Shown here: in pieces, positions 8,363 through 15,009 of the stretch | Layout: each line of letters begins with the position of its first letter | Numbering within the stretch: position 1 is the first letter of the stretch | DNA from: Bacilli bacterium | GTDB lineage: Bacteria > Bacillota_I > Bacilli_A > RF39 > UBA660 | Reading direction: 5' to 3' | Length of the DNA stretch: 64,000 nt | Assembly: GCA_017553685.1 (NCBI GenBank) | Contig: JAFZKH010000008.1 | Span: 3,256 to 67,255 of the forward strand | Position numbers and translations under genes: made by a program | The notes under the pieces: model-generated | The model's database searches: none | What the model saw: only the letters and a program-made list of their open reading frames with translations | Told to the model about the DNA's origin: nothing

Positions 8363-8950
8363 ATGGCTAATAAAACAAGTGCTATTAACATTCAAGTAGA
8401 TAGTGATGTTAAACAAGATGCAACATTAGTATTAACAGAATTAGGTTTATCAATGAGTTCTGCAATTAATTTATTCTTAAAACAAGTAGTTAAGAAGAAT
8501 GGACTTCCTTTTGCAGTTACTAATGTTGTAGATACTAAAAAGATATTAGATGTAGTATGTGCATTAATAATGAAAGATGGTAAATGTTTAATTGCAAGAA
8601 GAAACAAAGATGATCATTTAAAAGGTAGATGGGAATTTCCTGGAGGAAGAAGACAAGGTCTTGAAGATGAAAAGAAAACTCTTGAAAGAGCATTCAACGA
8701 AGTTCTTGGAATTAAAGCAAATATTAATGATTATTTAACACATAGTATATGTGAATATCCAGGACATATAGTAGATCTTAAAATCTATGAATGTGATTAT
8801 GTAAGTGGTGAATTTAATTCGCCAATACATTCAGAATATAAGTGGGTTAATATAGAAGAATTATTAGATTATGATTTAGCAGATGCTGATGTGATACTAT
8901 CAAAATTTATTATTAGAAAATACATTGAAGAGAGTAGGAGTCAAAAATGA
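8363..8950 (+). CDS. RelB/DinJ-type (ribbon-helix-helix) antitoxin-like domain fused to a NUDIX domain with a degenerate Nudix box
   Basis: The N-terminal ~85 aa (MANKTSAINIQVDSDVKQDATLVLTELGLSMSSAINLFLKQVVKKNGLPFAV) resemble the DinJ/RelB family. The C-terminal half has a Nudix fold signature (GRWEFPGGRRQGLEDEKKTLERAFNEVLGI), but REUxEE is replaced by RAFNEV, so the two catalytic Glu residues are missing. The start ATG at 8363 follows GAGGTGAGG. Confidence 0.6.
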   Translation: MANKTSAINIQVDSDVKQDATLVLTELGLSMSSAINLFLKQVVKKNGLPFAVTNVVDTKKILDVVCALIMKDGKCLIARRNKDDHLKGRWEFPGGRRQGLEDEKKTLERAFNEVLGIKANINDYLTHSICEYPGHIVDLKIYECDYVSGEFNSPIHSEYKWVNIEELLDYDLADADVILSKFIIRKYIEESRSQK

Positions 8951-9360
8951 AAGTAGTAGAAGTAGTAGCAGCAGTTATTAAAAAAGAAAACAAGATATTA
9001 GCAACTCAAAGAGGATATGGACACTTTGAAGGAATGTGGGAATTTCCAGGTGGAAAACCTGAAACAGGTGAAACTAAAGAGGAAGCTTTAGTTAGAGAAA
9101 TTAAAGAAGAAATGGATGCTAATATTAAAGTAGATGATTTTATATGCACAGTAGAATATGATTATAAGGATCCTGATTTTCATTTAATTATGCATACTTA
9201 TTTTTGTGAATTATTAGATGATCATATGGAACTTGTATATCATGATGAAGATAGATTAGAACATAAAGCAATGAAATGGCTTACTAAAGAAGAATTAGGC
9301 TCAGTTGAATGGCTAGGAGCAGACATAGAAATAGTTAATGTATTGGAAAATTTATTATAG
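8947..9360 (+). CDS. NUDIX hydrolase (MutT-like, canonical Nudix box)
   Basis: GMWEFPGGKPETGETKEEALVREIKEEMD matches GX5EX7REUXEEXGU. There is a 4-nt ATGA overlap with the upstream gene. Confidence 0.75.
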   Translation: MKVVEVVAAVIKKENKILATQRGYGHFEGMWEFPGGKPETGETKEEALVREIKEEMDANIKVDDFICTVEYDYKDPDFHLIMHTYFCELLDDHMELVYHDEDRLEHKAMKWLTKEELGSVEWLGADIEIVNVLENLL

Positions 9361-9372
9361 AGGTGGTATAAT

Positions 9373-9693
9373 ATGGTTAATCTTAAGAAACTTAGCGAGG
9401 AAGTATATCAAAATAAAGTTAAACATAATTTTAATACAACAAATATTGAAATGGAATTTTGTTTAGCTTATGGAGAACTTGGTGAGGCATATATAGCGTA
9501 TCTTAAGCAAAAAGAAGATTTAGGGGAAGAACTAGCAGATGTAGCAATATATCTACTTGAAATATCGCACATGCTTAATGTTGATCTAGAAAAAGAGATA
9601 TTACATAAGATTGATAAGAATAGTAAAAGGGTTTATAAAGAAAATTCGAAAGGAGTTCTTGTTAAGGAAGAAGAACTAAAAACAGAGGTTTAA
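9373..9693 (+). CDS. MazG-like nucleotide pyrophosphohydrolase (small all-alpha NTP-PPase)
   Basis: 106 aa. The EELGEELADVAIYLLEI motif is typical of the MazG/YpjD-like family. RBS GGTGG. Confidence 0.55.
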   Translation: MVNLKKLSEEVYQNKVKHNFNTTNIEMEFCLAYGELGEAYIAYLKQKEDLGEELADVAIYLLEISHMLNVDLEKEILHKIDKNSKRVYKENSKGVLVKEEELKTEV

Positions 9694-9694
9694 A

Positions 9695-10936
9695 ATGGAA
9701 TTTAGAGAAAAGAAATTAAAAGAACTATTCAAAAATTATAGTATATCAACATTAGATTCAATCAGCTTTGTGTTAGGGGAAGGAAAATCAAAAAACAAAG
9801 ACATTTTAGAGGCATTATCAGATGCTTATAGCGAAAAAAGTGAAATTATTATTAGAGATACTTCTGAGGAAGCAGTAACTAAAAATTTCACATTAGAAGA
9901 AGTAAAAGAAGATCTATTTAGAATGCCTGATTACGCTTCAGATTTAATTAATAAGGAAATTAGAAAAGGATTTTTTAAAATTCAAAATAGAATAAAAAAG
10001 AGTACTAATGACGAAGAAATAGAAAGACTACAAAAAGTATTAAGTGAAATATCTGGTTTTCTAAATAATGTTAAAGAAACTGAACAAACAAAGATTAAAA
10101 TAGATGATGAAATTCAAAAAGAATATTTAGATAGAAAACATAATACATGGATTGATGATAATTTTAGTGATGAAGAATTAGAAGATTTCTTTAAGAAATT
10201 TGGTGTTAATGAACTTGAAAGAGTACACAATTGCTTTTGCTGTGCATATGATTATTTTTCACATAGATTCTTTGATATTTTAAGTAGAGTTCAATATAAG
10301 ATGCTTGAAGAAAAAGGACCTGATAAACCAACAAAAATGCATGATTATAATTGCATAGTTAATAAACTTGGTGTATTAACTGATAAAGAAATAGAATTAC
10401 TAAAGAGAGGATCAATTGATTCATTAAACTTTGCTCTTACAAAATCTAGAATAGATTCGGATTTTGATGAAGTAGTAAGAGCTTTCACATATTTATCTGA
10501 TTCTATTTTAAAAGAAGAAGAGTTTAGAGTAAGAGAAACCAATTCATTAAATAGATTATTCAAGAAACTTGATAGATATGATCAAATTGTACTTAGAATT
10601 ATTTTTGAGTATGCTGCTGGATATAATTTAGATAAAGAAAAGAACATGATTGAAGAATATATTGAAAACCCATATCTAAAAAAACTTGATCCATCAAAGA
10701 AATTATCTAGTCTTACAAATAAAGAGTTAGAATATTTACTTGAATTAGCTGAAAATGCTTTATCAGTTTTAAGTAGAGAATTTAATCCTGAATTAGGTGC
10801 TGAATTAAATGCAGTTTATTATTTTGAAGAAAGACTTGTTGAAGAAGTTGGTTTAAGAGAATCTTCAAAAGGAAAATATAATAATTTAAACAATAAAAAG
10901 AAAACTAAGAAAAGAAAAAATGTAAAAAAGATGTAA
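9695..10936 (+). CDS. hypothetical protein (413 aa, charged/helical, no recognised domain)
   Basis: Tightly coupled to the upstream gene with a 1-nt gap. It contains HNCFCCAYDY and several conserved-looking Cys/His residues but matches no family I can name. Confidence 0.4.
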   Translation: MEFREKKLKELFKNYSISTLDSISFVLGEGKSKNKDILEALSDAYSEKSEIIIRDTSEEAVTKNFTLEEVKEDLFRMPDYASDLINKEIRKGFFKIQNRIKKSTNDEEIERLQKVLSEISGFLNNVKETEQTKIKIDDEIQKEYLDRKHNTWIDDNFSDEELEDFFKKFGVNELERVHNCFCCAYDYFSHRFFDILSRVQYKMLEEKGPDKPTKMHDYNCIVNKLGVLTDKEIELLKRGSIDSLNFALTKSRIDSDFDEVVRAFTYLSDSILKEEEFRVRETNSLNRLFKKLDRYDQIVLRIIFEYAAGYNLDKEKNMIEEYIENPYLKKLDPSKKLSSLTNKELEYLLELAENALSVLSREFNPELGAELNAVYYFEERLVEEVGLRESSKGKYNNLNNKKKTKKRKNVKKM

Positions 10937-10987
10937 CTGATTAATTAGTTACATCTTTTTTATAATATAATAGAATTGGTGAACTGT

Positions 10988-11668
10988 ATGAGTATTTTTT
11001 TAACATGGGTATTTATATTTATACTAGGAAGTATAGCTGGATGGATTATAGAAATAATTTATAGAAAAATAAAGTTTGGTAAATTAGTTAATCCTGGTTT
11101 TTTAGTGGGTCCATATTTGCCTATATATGGATTTGGATTAGTATTTATTACTATATTCCATACTATATTAATGAGGTTTAATATTCATCCATTACTAATA
11201 ATATTATCAATGGGTATAATTATGACTATAATTGAATTATTAGGTGGATTATATTGTATTAAACAAAAAGTTAAATTATGGGATTATAGTGATGAATGGC
11301 TTAATTATAAGGGAATTATATGCCCTCATTATACATTACTTTGGATTTTGGCAGGAGCCATTTATTACTTTTTCTTATATGATCCGCTTATATATGCTAT
11401 AAACTGGTTTAATGATAATATATCTTTTTCATATGTAATAGGAATATTTTCAGGATTTTTATTAATAGATTTCTTTTATTCATCTAAGTTATATCTTAAG
11501 ATTAGAAAATATGCTAAAAAGAATAATATTGTTGTTAGATATGAAAAACTTAAATTACATATAAAAGAAGAAACTAGGAAAGCAGAAGAAAAATATTTCT
11601 TCTTATTTCCATTTAGACAAAGTAGAAAACTTATAGAATACCTAGATAGTTATAGAGATAGGAAATAA
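10988..11668 (+). CDS. polytopic membrane protein, GPxLPIYG-motif family (paralog of 7488-8048)
   Basis: The start ATG at 10988 follows GGTGA. GWIIEIIY...GPYLPIYGFG mirrors GWFWEVLWE...GPWLPIYGSG in the paralog. Confidence 0.45.
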   Translation: MSIFLTWVFIFILGSIAGWIIEIIYRKIKFGKLVNPGFLVGPYLPIYGFGLVFITIFHTILMRFNIHPLLIILSMGIIMTIIELLGGLYCIKQKVKLWDYSDEWLNYKGIICPHYTLLWILAGAIYYFFLYDPLIYAINWFNDNISFSYVIGIFSGFLLIDFFYSSKLYLKIRKYAKKNNIVVRYEKLKLHIKEETRKAEEKYFFLFPFRQSRKLIEYLDSYRDRK

Positions 11669-11670
11669 AT

Positions 11671-12741
11671 ATGACAATAGTAGATTATATTAATAATTAT
11701 GGAATGTATTCTTTTAGTGATAAATCATTTAATGAAGTAGATAATGGAATATTATCTCTTTTAGCATACCTTAATTTTTCATCTATTACTGATAATAATA
11801 GAAAAAAGGTTAGATTAGAAGATGCTGCTATAGAATTTTTGTCACAAAATAGAGATACTGTTATAGAAGATGTACCTGCTATTAAAGAAGCAATTAAAGT
11901 ATTAGATTTACTTAAGAGTACAAAAAGATATAGAGATATTCTTATATATAACTGCAAGTTTAATTATTCAAATGAGAGTCAATTTTTATGTATTACATTT
12001 GAACTTAATAGAAAACTAGTTTATGTAGGTTTTGGTGGTACAGATAAATTAGTTAGTGGATGGATAGAGGATGCTAAAATGAGTTATGAGTATCCAGTTA
12101 CAGCCCATGTTAATGCTATAAAATATTTAAATAAATACTTTAGATTTAATAGAAAAAGAATAAAACTTGGTGGTCATTCTAAAGGAGGGAATATTGCATT
12201 AGTAGCAGCCCTAGGATGCAAAAAAGGTATTTATAAAAGAATTATAAATGTATATAGTAATGATGGACAAGGTTTAAGAAAAGAAGATATGAATACTCCA
12301 AGATATATAGATTTAGATAAAAAATATGTTCATATATGTCCTTATAATTCTATTATAGGTATGCTTTTATATCATGATCCATATTTTATAAGTGTTGATA
12401 CTGATAAACCTGTTGGTTTTTCTCATAATATAACTACTTGGTTAGTAGAGGATAATCATTTTAAAACAAGAGAAGTAAGTAGATTTAGTAAAATATTAGA
12501 TGAAGGATTTACTAAATGGTTAGATAAATATGATTATGCTGCTAGAAAAGATTTTGTTGAAAGTATAGATAAACTAATGGCAGATAATGGTATAGTTACA
12601 ATAGTAGATTTTAAAAAGAATAAAAAACTTGTATTTGAAGTAGCTAAAGCTGCTAAAGGTATGAATCCAATAGTTAAAGAAATGACTATGGATTTACTTA
12701 AAATAATAGTATCCCTTAATATAGAAAATAGATTTATGTAA
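11671..12741 (+). CDS. alpha/beta-hydrolase, lipase-like DUF2974 (Mbeg1-like) family
   Basis: The N-terminus IVDYINNYGMYSFSDKSFNEVDNGILSLLAYLNF matches the DUF2974 start. A GHSKGG nucleophile elbow (GxSxG) is present. Confidence 0.55.
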   Translation: MTIVDYINNYGMYSFSDKSFNEVDNGILSLLAYLNFSSITDNNRKKVRLEDAAIEFLSQNRDTVIEDVPAIKEAIKVLDLLKSTKRYRDILIYNCKFNYSNESQFLCITFELNRKLVYVGFGGTDKLVSGWIEDAKMSYEYPVTAHVNAIKYLNKYFRFNRKRIKLGGHSKGGNIALVAALGCKKGIYKRIINVYSNDGQGLRKEDMNTPRYIDLDKKYVHICPYNSIIGMLLYHDPYFISVDTDKPVGFSHNITTWLVEDNHFKTREVSRFSKILDEGFTKWLDKYDYAARKDFVESIDKLMADNGIVTIVDFKKNKKLVFEVAKAAKGMNPIVKEMTMDLLKIIVSLNIENRFM

Positions 12742-12744
12742 TAA

Positions 12745-12771
12745 TTAGCACTCTCTATTGACAAGTGCTAA
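12745..12771 (+). promoter_or_regulatory. CIRCE-like HrcA operator (TTAGCACTC-N9-AAGTGCTAA, 17/18 match to consensus)
   Basis: An inverted repeat, TTAGCACTC tctattgac AAGTGCTAA, overlaps the -35 TTGACA of the hsp20 promoter. Confidence 0.55.
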
Positions 12772-12786
12772 TGATAGTGCTATACT
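12758..12786 (+). promoter_or_regulatory. sigma-A promoter TTGACA-17-TATACT upstream of hsp20
   Basis: -35 at 12758-12763 and -10 at 12781-12786. Confidence 0.5.
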
Positions 12787-12846
12787 TTAATTATGGAGGT
12801 AATAATCCACAGGATTTTATCTTAGTAACGAAGGGAGAGATGTTTT

Positions 12847-13233
12847 ATGATGTTACCAGATAGATTTTTTGATGATATGTTTTTAGATGCTCCAAGAGGT
12901 CCAAAGGAAAGAATGGATTGTGATATCTATGAAGAAGATGGTAAATATGTTGTAGAAGCTTCTGTATATGGATTTGATAAAAATGATATCAAAATAGAAA
13001 CTGAAGATGGATCTATTATTATTACTGCTGAAAAGCATGAAGATGAAGTAGATAATAGCAACAAAAAATATCTAAGAAGAGAAAGACATTCTTCATCAAG
13101 TATTCAAAGAGCATTCTACCTAGGAGATATAGATGAATCATCTATTAAAGCTTCATTTAATAATGGAGTTCTTAAAATTGAAGCATCTAAGAAAGAAATA
13201 GAATCAAATAGAAAACAAATTGATATTGACTAA
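12847..13233 (+). CDS. Hsp20/alpha-crystallin family small heat-shock protein
   Basis: 128 aa. The alpha-crystallin domain pattern is present (KYVVEASVYGFDKNDIKIE...GVLKIEASK). RBS AAGGGAGAG. Confidence 0.85.
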   Translation: MMLPDRFFDDMFLDAPRGPKERMDCDIYEEDGKYVVEASVYGFDKNDIKIETEDGSIIITAEKHEDEVDNSNKKYLRRERHSSSSIQRAFYLGDIDESSIKASFNNGVLKIEASKKEIESNRKQIDID

Positions 13234-13239
13234 TAAAAA

Positions 13240-13268
13240 ACTGGTTAAATACCAGTTTTTTTGTTATA
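13240..13268 (+). terminator. rho-independent terminator
   Basis: AACTGGT taaata CCAGTT followed by TTTTTTT. Confidence 0.6.
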
Positions 13269-13296
13269 ATTAATTATGTGAATAGAGGGAGTTATT

Positions 13297-13875
13297 ATGT
13301 TTACAGGATTACAAAATATACTTGATATTATAACTAAATATTTGATTTCTTGGGGACCTTTAGGAGGGTTATTAATAATCATAATTAACTCTATATATCC
13401 TATATTAGTTCCACTAGGAGTATTTATTACATTTAATGTATCTGCTTTTGGTATATATATTGGATTTATAATTTCTTATATAGGTACAATAATAGGATGC
13501 TTTATATCATTTATGTTATTTAAAAAGATAGATAATAAATTATTTACTAGATTTAATGAAAAAGAAAAAGTTAAGAAATTAAAAGAAAAAATGAAAAGTG
13601 TAACTATACCACAATTAGCAGTTTTAACTGCTTTACCATTTACTCCAGCATTCTTAGTAAATGTTTCAGCAGGTTTAGCTAATTTAAATACTAAAAAGTT
13701 TCTTATAGGTATTTCTATAGGAAAGATTCCTATGATATTATTTTGGGTATTTATAGGTAAGAGTATTAAAGAGAGTTTATCTGATTGGAAAACTATTTTA
13801 ATAATAATAGGTATACTTGTAATAACTTATGTAATTAGTAAAGTATTAACTAAAATATTTAAATGGGAGGTTTAA
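13297..13875 (+). CDS. DedA/TVP38-TMEM64 family membrane protein
   Basis: A polytopic 192-aa protein with SNARE-associated/DedA-like motifs (LPFTPAFLVNVSAGLANLN...IGKIPMILFWVFIGK). RBS GAGGGAG. Confidence 0.55.
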   Translation: MFTGLQNILDIITKYLISWGPLGGLLIIIINSIYPILVPLGVFITFNVSAFGIYIGFIISYIGTIIGCFISFMLFKKIDNKLFTRFNEKEKVKKLKEKMKSVTIPQLAVLTALPFTPAFLVNVSAGLANLNTKKFLIGISIGKIPMILFWVFIGKSIKESLSDWKTILIIIGILVITYVISKVLTKIFKWEV

Positions 13876-13876
13876 T

Positions 13877-14938
13877 ATGGAATATGTAATAGTAGGATTA
13901 CTAGTTTTAGTAGTAGTATTAACTGTTATATCTTTATTTAAGAATATTAATGAAGGTAAAATAGTTGATAAAGTTAATGATATGCAAGTTAATTTAACTA
14001 AGGAACTAGGAGACTTTAAAAACGATATTAATAGAAATGTTAATGAAGACTTTAATAAAATAAATGAAAGAATAGAAAATAGACTTACTCAAATAAATAA
14101 TAAAGTAAACGAAAGATTAGATGTTAATTTTGAAAAGACTAATAAAACATTTTCTGATGTTTTAGAAAGACTTAGTAAGATAGATGAAGCTCAAAAGAAA
14201 ATAGATAGTTTATCATCTGATATAGTATCACTTCAAGGAATATTAACTGATAAAAAGAGTAGAGGTATCTTTGGAGAAGTTAATCTAAATCATATACTTG
14301 CATCTGTATTTGGAGAAAAGAATGATAAAGTATATAAAACTCAATTTTCATTTGATAATAACACTATCGCTGATGCAGTAGTATTTGCTCCAGAGCCATT
14401 AGGTTTGGTAGCAATAGACTCTAAGTTTCCTTTAGAGAACTATAGAATAATGGTAGATAAAAAATTTGATAAGGCATCTAGAGAGACTGCCGAAAAATTA
14501 TTTAAACAAGATGTTAAAAAACATATAGATGCTATTGCAAGTAAGTATATAATTCCAGGTGTAACATCTGATCAAGCAATTATGTTTTTACCTGCAGAAG
14601 CTATATTTGCAGAATTAAATGCATATCATAATGACATTATAGAATATGCATATAAGAAAAGAGTTTGGATTACATCACCAACTACTTTAATGAGTACTTT
14701 AACTACAATTGAAGTAATTATTAAGAATAGTGAAAGAGATAAATATGCTAAAGTAATTCAATCAGAATTAAGTAAATTATCTATAGAATTTGGTAGATAT
14801 AGAGAAAGATGGGATAAGCTTTCTAGAAGTATTGAAACTGTTTCTAAAGATGTTGAAGATATCCATATAACAACAGATAAAATTACTAAGAAGTTTGATA
14901 GTATTAATAGTGTAGATATAGAAAAAATAGAGGATTAA
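13877..14938 (+). CDS. rmuC: DNA recombination protein RmuC family
   Basis: An N-terminal TM, a long coiled coil, and a conserved C-terminal core (AIDSKFPLENY...ITSPTTLMSTL) as in RmuC. Confidence 0.6.
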   Translation: MEYVIVGLLVLVVVLTVISLFKNINEGKIVDKVNDMQVNLTKELGDFKNDINRNVNEDFNKINERIENRLTQINNKVNERLDVNFEKTNKTFSDVLERLSKIDEAQKKIDSLSSDIVSLQGILTDKKSRGIFGEVNLNHILASVFGEKNDKVYKTQFSFDNNTIADAVVFAPEPLGLVAIDSKFPLENYRIMVDKKFDKASRETAEKLFKQDVKKHIDAIASKYIIPGVTSDQAIMFLPAEAIFAELNAYHNDIIEYAYKKRVWITSPTTLMSTLTTIEVIIKNSERDKYAKVIQSELSKLSIEFGRYRERWDKLSRSIETVSKDVEDIHITTDKITKKFDSINSVDIEKIED

Positions 14939-14952
14939 TATCCTCTTTTTTA
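14926..14952 (+). terminator. rho-independent terminator
   Basis: GAGGAT taat ATCCTC followed by TTTTTT, overlapping the rmuC stop. Confidence 0.55.
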
Positions 14953-15009
14953 TTGCTTTTATAAGTAAAAAATGATTTAATTATATATAGAATAGGAAGT
15001 GTAATTAGT

